From NCBI GenBank assembly GCA_964522745.1, contig CAZFWN010000008.1, positions 5,203 to 69,202 of the forward strand: a stretch of DNA of 64,000 nucleotides. Direction: 5' to 3'. Positions within the stretch are counted from its first letter, which is position 1; every line of letters starts with the position of its first letter. The translations under genes were made by a program, and so were the position numbers. This document shows positions 1 to 8,571 of the stretch, in pieces. The DNA is from an uncultured Ktedonobacterales bacterium (GTDB lineage: Bacteria > Chloroflexota > Ktedonobacteria > Ktedonobacterales > DATBGS01). The notes under the pieces were generated by a model. That model saw only the letters and a program-made list of their open reading frames with translations. It did not search any database and was not told the DNA's origin.

Positions 1-47
1 CTGGGCAGGCCATTGTCGGCAAAGGGCCGATCACTGACCCAATCGGT

Positions 48-401
48 TCAGCCGATGCCTAGTTCCCACTTGGCATCTTCAGACATGCGGTCAGTGGACC
101 AGGGCGGGTCGAAGGTCAGTTCAACTGTCGCTTTCTTGACGCCTGGCACTTCGAGCAGTCTGCCCTCAACCTCGGCCATCACGTCACCGGCGACGGGGCA
201 GCCTATAGCGGTCAGCGTCATCACGATGCCAACCGTGTCTACCCCAATATTGACCTCATAGACCAGTCCAAGATCGACGATATTAACCGGGATTTCCGGG
301 TCATAGCACTCGCGCAGGGCATCAATTATTGCGTTCTCATCGATGCCGCCGGCCTGCCCGGTCTGTGCCGTCTCTTCAGCTTTTTCTATTTGCTCGGCCA
401 T
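48..401 (-). CDS. Fe-S cluster assembly protein, DUF59 / SufT (MIP18) family
   Basis: The 117-aa ORF has the DUF59 core 'YDPEIPVNIVDLGLVY...GCPVAG'. An AGGAGGG RBS lies about 5 nt upstream of the ATG. Confidence 0.85.
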   Translation of the reverse strand: MAEQIEKAEETAQTGQAGGIDENAIIDALRECYDPEIPVNIVDLGLVYEVNIGVDTVGIVMTLTAIGCPVAGDVMAEVEGRLLEVPGVKKATVELTFDPPWSTDRMSEDAKWELGIG

Positions 402-508
402 CTCGGCCCTCCTATGTCTGAACCTGCGCGCTCGCGCAAGGTGATGTGTGTAGACTCCTTACTTTGAACTATAGCCTATAGCCTGGGTGAAAGTCAAAGG
501 AAGGGGCA

Positions 509-1378
509 TCACTTGTGGGGAGAAGCGCCGTTGAGCAGGTAGCGCTCAATGGCGACGGCCACCCCATCGGCGCTGTTGGACAGCGTGAGCGCGTGGGCGA
601 CGGCGCGCACCGCTGGCGGCGCCTGGCCCATCGCCACACCTAATCCCGCTATGCCGAGCATCGAAAGGTCGTTGAAGCTATCGCCCAGCGCCATTGTCTC
701 GCTGAGCGCAAGTTGCAGTCGGCTGCTCAGTACGCTGAGCGCGTTACCTTTGCTGACCGTTGGACTCATGATCGACAGCTCGGCGCTGTCATAGCTGCCG
801 CGTGGGTTGAGATACAACTGGCAGGGCAGCGGGCGGAGTTCTTCTGCAATTGCCTCCAGCCGTTCCTGCGCGCCAAAGGCGACCACCCGCAGTGGGTCAG
901 CGCCACCAATACAGAGTTCATTCAGCGGGCGCCGCTCAAAAAGCGCAGAAAAGATGCCCAGATACGTCGCTTCTGAGGGTGTGTCGCCCGATTCAGGGCC
1001 GGTAAGCATCCGCTCGCCTTCAGCAAAGATATATTGCACAACCGGCTGCAACCCATGTTGCGCAATGGCGTCAACAGCCGCCTGCCCTAGCAGCGCAGGC
1101 AGCAGATTGGTATGCCAGACCTCGCCAGAGGGATACTCGCGGATCAGCGCGCCGTCATAGGTAACCAGCGGGGCCTTTAGCCCAAGATCGGCGGCGAAGG
1201 TCGAGGCGCTAAAATAGCGGCGGGCAGTTGCCAGTGTGACCAGCACGCCAGCATCAACGGCGGCCTGGATAGCCTGCCGTGTTCGCGGGGTAATCTGGCC
1301 CTGCTCATTCAGTAATGTGCCGTCAATATCGAGCATTAAGAGCCGGTAGGGTGGTTGAGGGAGAACATGATGAGTCAC
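509..1378 (-). CDS. Cof-type HAD-IIB family hydrolase (sugar-phosphatase-like)
   Basis: HAD motif I 'LMLDIDGTLL' and motif IV 'GDSFNDLSM' are present. Length is typical of Cof-type phosphatases. Confidence 0.85.
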   Translation of the reverse strand: MTHHVLPQPPYRLLMLDIDGTLLNEQGQITPRTRQAIQAAVDAGVLVTLATARRYFSASTFAADLGLKAPLVTYDGALIREYPSGEVWHTNLLPALLGQAAVDAIAQHGLQPVVQYIFAEGERMLTGPESGDTPSEATYLGIFSALFERRPLNELCIGGADPLRVVAFGAQERLEAIAEELRPLPCQLYLNPRGSYDSAELSIMSPTVSKGNALSVLSSRLQLALSETMALGDSFNDLSMLGIAGLGVAMGQAPPAVRAVAHALTLSNSADGVAVAIERYLLNGASPHK

Positions 1379-1525
1379 AGATTATACACTTTCCACAGAT
1401 ACGGTACACTTTCATAGGAGAACAGACTACTGAAGGAACTATCCTACTCATCTTATCAGCTTTGCGGCAGAGATTGCATCTCCGCTTATGATACAAATTA
1501 GCTGCTTGCAGCGGCAGCCATCCGA

Positions 1526-2302
1526 TCAGTGGAACCCTCCAGTGGAGTGAATGATCTGGCCGGTAATCCACTGGGCCGCGTCGCTGGCTAAGAAAGCAAT
1601 CAATCGCGCCGAGTCTTCCGGCTGTCCCAGGCGTCCCTGTGGGAAGTGTGGCAGGAGCGCCTGTTTATTTTGCTCGCTCATCCAGCCGCTATCTGTCGGG
1701 CCAGGATCGACAGCATTCACCGTGATGCCGCGTGCTGCAACTTCAGTCGCCAGCGAGACGATGAATGCTTCAATCGCTCCCTTTCCGGCGACATACGCAA
1801 GCTCGCCTGGCATTGGGCCAGTTCCCTGGCCTGAAGTAAGAGTGATAATACGCCCTCCTGATGGGCCAGCAAAGCGTCGGGCAAACTCCACGCTGAGCAG
1901 CAAGGTGCCTCGAATATTCACCGCGTAGTGCGCGTCGAGGATAGCGGCGTTCAGCACCTCATAGCTGTTGGCCGTCCAGTGGGATGCGTTATTGACGAGG
2001 AGAGAGGGACGGCCCAGCCGTGCTTCCGTCTCATCAAGAATCTGGATTGGTGCCTCGGCGAAGCTCAGATCGACTTCCCGGCTGGCGCAGCGGACGCCCA
2101 TTCCGCGTAACTCTTGTTCCAGCGCGGCTGGTCCATCCTCATCGATCCCACAAGGCATCGTTCCGTCAAAGGGACGCCAATGCGTAAAGAAGATGTCTGC
2201 GCCGTCCGCTGCCAGCGCCCGGCAGATGGCCGCGCCGATGCCCTGGCGCCGGCTGGCCCCGGTCACCACCGCGATGCGGCCCTGTAGATTGTTGGTACTC
2301 AT
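1526..2302 (-). CDS. SDR family oxidoreductase
   Basis: Rossmann motif 'VVTGASRRQGIG' and catalytic 'YVAGKGA' (YxxxK) are present. The track ORF runs to 2479, but the ATG at 2302 has GGAGG 5-6 nt upstream and gives a normal 258-aa SDR. Confidence 0.85.
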   Translation of the reverse strand: MSTNNLQGRIAVVTGASRRQGIGAAICRALAADGADIFFTHWRPFDGTMPCGIDEDGPAALEQELRGMGVRCASREVDLSFAEAPIQILDETEARLGRPSLLVNNASHWTANSYEVLNAAILDAHYAVNIRGTLLLSVEFARRFAGPSGGRIITLTSGQGTGPMPGELAYVAGKGAIEAFIVSLATEVAARGITVNAVDPGPTDSGWMSEQNKQALLPHFPQGRLGQPEDSARLIAFLASDAAQWITGQIIHSTGGFH

Positions 2303-2438
2303 GGATGCCTCCGTTTTCTCCGAGGCTGGCATACCCCGCTGCGGTTGCTGCGCTTCCCAGGCGTAATGCCAGAAGTGGCTCACGAGCCTATAATACAGGC
2401 ATAGGACAACGTGTTGCAAGAAAAGAGGATCACTGCCA

Positions 2439-3659
2439 ATGTCGGCATTTACGTATTTGACGCACCTTGCCTGTAGCAAATGCGGGTGTGACTATCCATC
2501 TGAGCAGCTTCAGACGGTGAGCGTGTGCTGCGGTAAGCCATTGCTGGCGCGCTATGATCTGACGCGGGCGCGGCGCGAGTGGAGCCGCGATGCACTGGCC
2601 GGGCGCCCGGCAACCATGTGGCGCTATCATGAAGTGCTGCCGGCGCTGGAAGAGCAAGATATCGTCAGTCTGGGCGAAGGTATGACGCCCTTGCTTGCCT
2701 GCCCCCGTCTAGGTGCGGCGCTGGGATTTGCCGGTGCGCGAGTGCTGGTGAAGGACGAGGGGCAGAACCCGACGGGCAGCTTCAAAGCGCGGGGTATGAG
2801 CGCGGCGGTGAGCCGGGCGTGCATGCTGGGGGCGCGGGCGCTGGCCGCTCCCAGCGCTGGCAATGCAGCGGCGGCCCTGGCAGCCTACGCGGCACGTGCT
2901 GGAGTGCCTGCCTTTCTCTTTATGCCCCAGGATGCCCAGGAAAGCGCAAGAGTGCAGGTGGCCGTGAGCGGCGCGGCGCTCTATCTCATACAAGGGTTGA
3001 TTAATGACGCCGGAGCCATCGTGGCCGCGCTGAAAGAAGCGCGTGGTTGGTTTGATGTCGCCACGCTCAAGGAGCCATACCGCGCCGAGGGCAAGAAGAC
3101 GATGGGCTATGAACTGGCTGAGCAGCTTGGCTGGCGGCTGCCTGATGCGATTCTCTACCCCGCCGGCGGGGGAACAGGCATCGTTGGCATGTGGAAGGCG
3201 TTTGCCGAACTGGAAACGCTGGGCTGGATTGATGCCAGGCGCCCGAAGATGATAATTGTGCAGGCGGAGGGCTGTGCGCCACTCGTCCGGGCGTTCCGCG
3301 CCGGCACGGAAACGGCGGAACCCTGGCAAGATGCCCAGACGCTGGCTGGTGGGCTGCGCGTGCCGGCGGCCATCGGCGATTTTCTCATCCTGCGTGCCGT
3401 GCGTGAGAGCGGAGGCACAGCGCTGACGGTCAGCGATGAGGAGATGCTGGAGGCGGCGCGGCTGCTGGCGTCCACCGAGGGCATCTTTGCCGGGCCGGAG
3501 GGTGCTGCGCCGCTGGCGGCCTATCGCAAGTTGCTGGCGGATGGCACGCTGAGGCCGGAAGAAGTAGTAGTATTGTTCAATACCGGCAGTGGTCTGCTTA
3601 ATCTCGATCAGTTCCCGGTGCAGGCGCCGGTGTTGAAGCCTGGAGAGAGGCCATCATGA
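2439..3659 (+). CDS. thrC: Threonine synthase-like PLP enzyme with N-terminal Cys-rich (zinc-ribbon-like) segment
   Basis: PLP-lysine motif 'GSFKARG', an N-terminal 'CSKCGC...CCGKPLLARYDL', and the fold-type II PLP pattern throughout. Confidence 0.8.
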   Translation: MSAFTYLTHLACSKCGCDYPSEQLQTVSVCCGKPLLARYDLTRARREWSRDALAGRPATMWRYHEVLPALEEQDIVSLGEGMTPLLACPRLGAALGFAGARVLVKDEGQNPTGSFKARGMSAAVSRACMLGARALAAPSAGNAAAALAAYAARAGVPAFLFMPQDAQESARVQVAVSGAALYLIQGLINDAGAIVAALKEARGWFDVATLKEPYRAEGKKTMGYELAEQLGWRLPDAILYPAGGGTGIVGMWKAFAELETLGWIDARRPKMIIVQAEGCAPLVRAFRAGTETAEPWQDAQTLAGGLRVPAAIGDFLILRAVRESGGTALTVSDEEMLEAARLLASTEGIFAGPEGAAPLAAYRKLLADGTLRPEEVVVLFNTGSGLLNLDQFPVQAPVLKPGERPS

Positions 3660-4069
3660 GCGATGCAAAACCCATTCTGCTCTTAGAGCGCGATCTGTTC
3701 TTTAGCGTGAAGATTCGAGATACCCTGCTCCACCTGGGCTATGAAACGCAGGTGGCGCGCAGCGAAGAGGATTTTGCGCGCAAGCTCGCGGCGAGTGCGC
3801 CTGTGCTGGCGATGGTTGATACCGCGACGGCTGGCGTGGCCTGGGAGCGCGTGATTGCCCAGGCGAAGACCGCCGGGCTGCCCACGCTGGCTTTTGGCCC
3901 GCACGTCGATCTGGAAGCGCAACAGGCGGCCCGCCGCGCTGGTGCGGATCGCGTCATCTCCAACTCAAAGCTGGCAAAAGACCTGCCAGCCATTATAGAA
4001 CGCATGGTTGGCGGCAGCGCGAGCAGCCAGGATGAAGAATCTGCTGAAGATGAAGAGGATGAAGTCTAA
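3656..4069 (+). CDS. Receiver (CheY)-like domain protein, degenerate acidic pocket, acidic C-terminal tail
   Basis: REC-like alternating pattern 'ILLLERD...LAMVDTAT...LAFGPH...VISNSKL'. The start overlaps the thrC stop (ATGA). Confidence 0.6.
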   Translation: MSDAKPILLLERDLFFSVKIRDTLLHLGYETQVARSEEDFARKLAASAPVLAMVDTATAGVAWERVIAQAKTAGLPTLAFGPHVDLEAQQAARRAGADRVISNSKLAKDLPAIIERMVGGSASSQDEESAEDEEDEV

Positions 4070-4110
4070 TCAGCAGCGTGCAGACGATGTAGTGAAAGAG
4101 GCCATCACCA

Positions 4111-5340
4111 ATGAGCAATACACAGGAATCGGGCGCTTCTGCTGATGCCCTGGTAGAGCAGGGCTTGCGCAAGACCCGCTGGGCTGAACTGCATATGCGC
4201 CTGCTCCAGCGCTTGCGAGAGCAGTTTCGCCAGCAGCGCCCGTTTGCCGGGCTGACGATTGGCATGTGCCTGCATGTCGAACCCAAGACAGCGGTACTCT
4301 GCTGGGTGCTGCAAGCTGGAGGCGCCAACGTCGTCATCACCGGAAGCCCTGGCACGACCAAAGACGATGTGGCCGCCGCACTCCGGTCCACCGGCATCAC
4401 TGTCTACGGCCAGCAGGATGATGGCAGCGCCACTCATCTTGAGCATATCCGCCAGGTCTTGCTGCATGACCCCGACCTCTTCCTGGATAATGGCGCCGAT
4501 CTTGTAGCGCTCTCTCTTGCCAACCCTGGCAAAAAAACGGTCATTGCCGGCACCGAAGAGACCACTACTGGCGCCAACCGTCTGCGGAGCGAACTACAAG
4601 GCCAGGTCTCGTTTCCCATCATCGTCATCAATGATAGCCCGCTGAAGCTCATCATGGAGAACGAACACGGCGTTGGGCCATCGATGGTTGAAGGCTTTAT
4701 GCGCGAGACCAACCTGCTGGTGCAGTCGAAGCGCTTCGTCGTCTTTGGCTATGGCTCGGTTGGGCGCGGTATTGCCCGGCGCCTGCGCGTGCTTGGCGGC
4801 CATGTTGCTGTCGTAGAACCAGACTCCATTCGGGCGCTTGAGGCGGTGTTGGATGGCATGCGCGTGCTGCCGCTTGGGGAAGCCTTGCAGAGCGGCGAGG
4901 TCTTCTTTACGGCTACCGGGCGCCCTGGAGTGATTGCCGGCGCCGCGTTTGATGCGCTGCCTGATGGATCAATCCTGGCGAACGCCGGCCATTTCTCCTG
5001 GGAGATCGATCTGGCCGAACTCAGGCGTCGGGCGATTAAAGTTGAGCGCTTCCGCGAGTGGGTCGAACTCTTTACCCTCGCCGATGGCCGGCATATTACG
5101 CTTTTAGCCCAGGGCGAAATGCTCAACCTGGCTGGTGGTGGCGGCAATCCAGTCGAGACGATGGACATCGGTTTCTCGCTTCAGGCATTGTCGCTGGCCT
5201 ATCTGGTGCAGCATCACGCGACCTTGCCTCCAGGGCCGCAGCCCGTGCCAGGAGAAATCAACGCGCAGATAGCTCGCTGGATGGTCGAGGTACTCTCGCG
5301 GCGATCAGCATCAGCAGTGCCTCATCCCCAGGAAGGGTAG
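4111..5340 (+). CDS. Adenosylhomocysteinase-like NAD-binding protein (divergent)
   Basis: 'GTEETTTGANRL', NAD motif 'GYGSVGRGIARRL' and 'NAGHFSWEID' align with the AhcY layout. Several canonical motifs are altered (see findings). Confidence 0.75.
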   Translation: MSNTQESGASADALVEQGLRKTRWAELHMRLLQRLREQFRQQRPFAGLTIGMCLHVEPKTAVLCWVLQAGGANVVITGSPGTTKDDVAAALRSTGITVYGQQDDGSATHLEHIRQVLLHDPDLFLDNGADLVALSLANPGKKTVIAGTEETTTGANRLRSELQGQVSFPIIVINDSPLKLIMENEHGVGPSMVEGFMRETNLLVQSKRFVVFGYGSVGRGIARRLRVLGGHVAVVEPDSIRALEAVLDGMRVLPLGEALQSGEVFFTATGRPGVIAGAAFDALPDGSILANAGHFSWEIDLAELRRRAIKVERFREWVELFTLADGRHITLLAQGEMLNLAGGGGNPVETMDIGFSLQALSLAYLVQHHATLPPGPQPVPGEINAQIARWMVEVLSRRSASAVPHPQEG

Positions 5341-5367
5341 GCATTCTGGGCATTCTAGGCATTCTTG
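5341..5367. repeat. 3 x 9-bp tandem repeat GCATTCTNG
   Basis: GCATTCTGG GCATTCTAG GCATTCTTG lies immediately after the stop of the AhcY-like gene. Confidence 0.9.
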
Positions 5368-5417
5368 CGCGTGGGACCAGTTACTTGTACCGCTGGCTTC
5401 CAGCCGGCTCGTTCCAT

Positions 5418-6443
5418 TCAGACAAACGTGGGTTCGCCCCAGTCGCCAATGCGCGTGGCCACCAGCTTCCAATCGAGCAACTGGTTTTTCTTGATCGTCA
5501 GCGTGAGGATAGTGCCGCGCCGCACGACTTCTTCATACATATTATCAAAAACAAAGTTGCCCAAGCTGTAGACGATCAGCTTGCCGTTATACGTCTCATA
5601 CGGCTCGATCACATGCGGGTGCGCGCCGATCACTATATCGGCGCCGGCATCAATGGCAACCTGCGCAAGCTGGCGCTGATGATCGGTCAGGCCGGTGAAA
5701 TACTCCACGCCCCAATGCACGAAGGGAATCACAAAATCAGCGCCGGCGCGGGCGGCTGGAATATCCTGCCGCAGAGCGTCTTCAGTCAGCCAGGCATGGC
5801 CGGGCGTCGTAGCGGTGGCGGCAAACGAAAAAGGGTCAATCTCATCGTAGGCCAGAAAGCCGATGGTCGTGTCGCGCACCGTTTTGAAGATGGGTGTGTG
5901 TGCCTGCTGTTGGTTCTTGCCTCCACCAATAGGAGTCAGACCGCGTGTGGGCAGCGTCATAAACTCATCGAGAAAGGCGTCTTTCCCATAGTCACCACTG
6001 TGGTTGTTGGCAACCGAGACCAGATCAAAACCGGCGTTCAGCAGTCGATCATAGGCGCGAGCATCGCCGCGAAAGTTATACGACTTGGGCACCGGCTGGC
6101 CCAAATTGGAGATGACGCATTCCAGATTGCCGATAGTCAGATCAAAGCCGCGCAGAAACTCGCCGGTGTAGGTAAACGGGTACGGGTCGTTGGCCGCTGT
6201 ATCAAGCATATGGCTGTTCACCGTCCGCCCAAACATGACATCGCCGGTGAACGCCAGCGTCACCGGGGGAACTGGCGTGGGCGATGGAGCCGGCGCTAGA
6301 CCACTGATAGCATGCCGCGCCACCGGCGCTGGCTGAGAGCCACAGCCCGCCAGCGCCAGCAGCGCCGCACCGCCGACTGCAAGCACTTCTCGCCGCGTCC
6401 AGGGGTGGTGTAGTATTCCTGCTTCCTGTCGGTCGATGTTCAT
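5418..6443 (-). CDS. CapA family (poly-gamma-glutamate synthesis / metallophosphatase-like) protein, secreted or lipoprotein
   Basis: N-terminal signal 'RREVLAVGGAALLALAGCGS', CapA-type 'FTGDVMFGR', and 'VSVANNHSGDYG...IGAHPHV'. Confidence 0.85.
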   Translation of the reverse strand: MNIDRQEAGILHHPWTRREVLAVGGAALLALAGCGSQPAPVARHAISGLAPAPSPTPVPPVTLAFTGDVMFGRTVNSHMLDTAANDPYPFTYTGEFLRGFDLTIGNLECVISNLGQPVPKSYNFRGDARAYDRLLNAGFDLVSVANNHSGDYGKDAFLDEFMTLPTRGLTPIGGGKNQQQAHTPIFKTVRDTTIGFLAYDEIDPFSFAATATTPGHAWLTEDALRQDIPAARAGADFVIPFVHWGVEYFTGLTDHQRQLAQVAIDAGADIVIGAHPHVIEPYETYNGKLIVYSLGNFVFDNMYEEVVRRGTILTLTIKKNQLLDWKLVATRIGDWGEPTFV

Positions 6444-6851
6444 GACATGATTGTAGCATGGCTAGAGATGATCTGTTGGCTGTTTCATGCTCGCAGTGGA
6501 GTATATAACTCCCATCGCTATGCTGCCGAGATCTTCTGATGCTTTGAAGGATATTTTCGCATCCTACGAACTGAAGCCATCTACGAAGAAAGAAGAAAGC
6601 GATGATAGTTCATGCTTCAGCAGGATCATCAGACCTGGCGGGCATTGATCGACCGCCAGGCTCTGGCGGCCAACCAGCTTGCCTGGAGTCTGTTATGAAC
6701 TTTTTCTGATACACTTGGGATATGACAAGAAAACCGTATCCCGGCGATGTCAGTCATAGCCCGGAAGGTAATGGGAGTTGCGTACAAGCAACCTTCTTCC
6801 AAGAAGGTGGTTCTGGTTTAATATAATGGATCAAACTCTGAGGAAGAGCGA

Positions 6852-7031
6852 CTAGCCCTTGCGCGCTTTGCGCTTCCTCGCTTCAGCTTTCCTCTTCCGT
6901 TTGAGACTGGGCGATTCGTAGTGTCTGCGACGGCGCGCCTCAGCCAGAATGCCATCCTGCTGAATTTTGCGGTTGAACCGCTTCAGTGCAGCTTCGAACG
7001 ACTCGTTCTCGCTAATCTTGATTTCTGACAA
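6852..7031 (-). CDS. rpsU: 30S ribosomal protein S21
   Basis: 'SEIKISENESFEAALKRFNRKIQQDGILAEARRRRHYESPSLKRKRKAEARKRKARK' is a typical S21. A TTG start at 7031 has GGAGG 6 nt upstream. The 108-aa track ORF is a false extension. Confidence 0.9.
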   Translation of the reverse strand: MSEIKISENESFEAALKRFNRKIQQDGILAEARRRRHYESPSLKRKRKAEARKRKARKG

Positions 7032-7244
7032 AGCATTTCCTCCTCTCTTCTTCCGAATCTCGGCGGTGGCTGGTTCCAGAAGGAACGGGTGTTGCCATCC
7101 ACAACCGGGTGGCGTTGCGCTTCTCTCGGGGAATACTGAACTCCGCAAACCTCCTGCCGATGATAGGCTCAAGCTCATGGTCAGTCAATAGTAAACTTAC
7201 AGAGATTGAGACGTGGAAGCCTCCTGCTTTCAATCTGGGGCGTC

Positions 7245-7556
7245 TCAACGCACTGCTTCCCAAGACTCCGGATTCAGGGTATTTGTAGCGGGGTGGTTGT
7301 CGGTGCGGTGCAGGAAGAGTTCTATATCCGCGAGTCCGAGATGACTTTCATAGATTGGCTCAAAGCACTTCCTGGCGGTCAGATTCGTCATTGCACTCAC
7401 TGCATACCATATTATCTGTTTGCTGGTTTGGAACAACCTATCATCGTGTTCAGCTACCAGAATGGGATGTGTACCTGAGCGATTGATGGCCTGACCCAAG
7501 GTTCGAGAAGCATACAGAGCCTCGTTGAGTTTCATTGTTGATCCTTTCTTTCCCAT
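7245..7556 (-). CDS. Hypothetical protein in a lower-GC segment
   Basis: Only an open frame. There is a faint Phd/YefM-like N-terminus ('MKLNEALYASRTLGQAINRSGTHPILV') and no recognisable domain. Confidence 0.3.
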   Translation of the reverse strand: MGKKGSTMKLNEALYASRTLGQAINRSGTHPILVAEHDDRLFQTSKQIIWYAVSAMTNLTARKCFEPIYESHLGLADIELFLHRTDNHPATNTLNPESWEAVR

Positions 7557-7914
7557 GCGGGATCAGGGAACAAGTAGACGAAAAATACCAGCCATCGGAG
7601 ACAAGCCTGTTCGTTGGGACGCCTCACTGTCTGGAAAGACAGACCCGCCTCAACCCGAGGAGACTGCTGCTTGAAAGGAGGATTTAGCGAGGAACGCTCC
7701 CGTATTTGGGGGAGTGTAGCCTTCACTGCTGGTGGCGGAGAGCGTCATGCCACCCGCGTCTTGGCTGGGTGAGTGCCTGGTATCATAACGTTGTGTCCGA
7801 CTCCATATGCCTACTTTAATACACAGTAGCAGCATTGCCAAGGAAAGTCAAGTTTTTATGGACTCCGTGCTTCTGGAGTGCCATCCGCCGCGCCAAGAGG
7901 AGTCAAGAGATAGC

Positions 7915-7944
7915 TTGCAATAGTATGTTCTTCTATGCCATAAT
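7915..7944 (+). promoter_or_regulatory. Candidate tnpA promoter TTGCAA-18-CATAAT, 6 nt before the ATG (leaderless-type)
   Basis: Hexamers were read directly from the sequence. The ATG at 7951 follows the -10 element by 6 nt. Confidence 0.35.
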
Positions 7945-7950
7945 GTGTGT

Positions 7951-8571
7951 ATGGAGAACACTTATTCGATTGGACAATTTGCTCGTCTCACCGGGCGCGG
8001 CGTCAAAACCCTGCAAAAGTGGGACCGGGCGGGCATTCTGCAAGCCCATCGGACCCCGACTGGGCGGCGCTACTACACCCATGACCAGTACTTGGAGTAT
8101 CGGGGCCTGAAAGCGAAAGGAGCAGGCCAGACTATCGTGTATGCGCGAGTCTCCAGTGCGGGCCAGAAGCCGGACTTACAGAACCAATTGGCGGCGCTCA
8201 AAGACTACTGCCAGCGACACGAGTTCAAGGTAGATGAGTGGGTTGAGGAAATCGGCAGTGGCCTGAACTATCAGCGCAAGCACTTCAACCGGGTCATGGA
8301 AGAGATTGAGTTAGGGCGTGTCCAGCGACTGGTGATTGCCCATAAGGACCGGCTGGTGCGTTTTGGCTTTGAGTGGTTTGCCGCGTTCTGCCAGCGGCAC
8401 GGCACCGATTTGGTGATTGTCAACGGTGATACGCTCTCGCCAGAGCAAGAACTGGTGCAAGACCTGCTCTCGATTGTGCATGTGTTCTCAGCGCGCCTGT
8501 ATGGCCTGCGTTCGTACCAGAAAGTGATCCGTGATGCTGCTCTGCAAAAAAATCAAACTAGAGGTGACTGA
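7951..8571 (+). CDS. tnpA: IS607-family transposase TnpA (MerR-like HTH + serine recombinase)
   Basis: HTH 'YSIGQFARLTGRGVKTLQKWDRAGIL' and the catalytic serine region 'IVYARVSSAGQKPDLQNQ'. The ATG at 7951 is preferred over the GTG at 7945. Confidence 0.9.
   Translation: MENTYSIGQFARLTGRGVKTLQKWDRAGILQAHRTPTGRRYYTHDQYLEYRGLKAKGAGQTIVYARVSSAGQKPDLQNQLAALKDYCQRHEFKVDEWVEEIGSGLNYQRKHFNRVMEEIELGRVQRLVIAHKDRLVRFGFEWFAAFCQRHGTDLVIVNGDTLSPEQELVQDLLSIVHVFSARLYGLRSYQKVIRDAALQKNQTRGD

Noticed and set aside
5058-6299. A 413-aa + strand ORF.
   Set aside because: It is antisense to the well-supported CapA gene, has a low-complexity Arg/Gly/Ala-rich translation and no RBS. This is a typical GC-rich shadow ORF.
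6852-7178. A 108-aa long form of the rpsU ORF.
   Set aside because: The S21 homology begins only at 'SEIKISENE'. A TTG with GGAGG at the proper spacing gives the normal 59-aa protein, and the upstream part is leader.
7557-7850. Possible housekeeping ncRNA (SRP, 6S or RNase P) in the unassigned stretch upstream of tnpA.
   Set aside because: None of the conserved core motifs I can recall for these RNAs are present, for example the SRP GGAA/AGCA domain IV loop. Only generic hairpins are seen.
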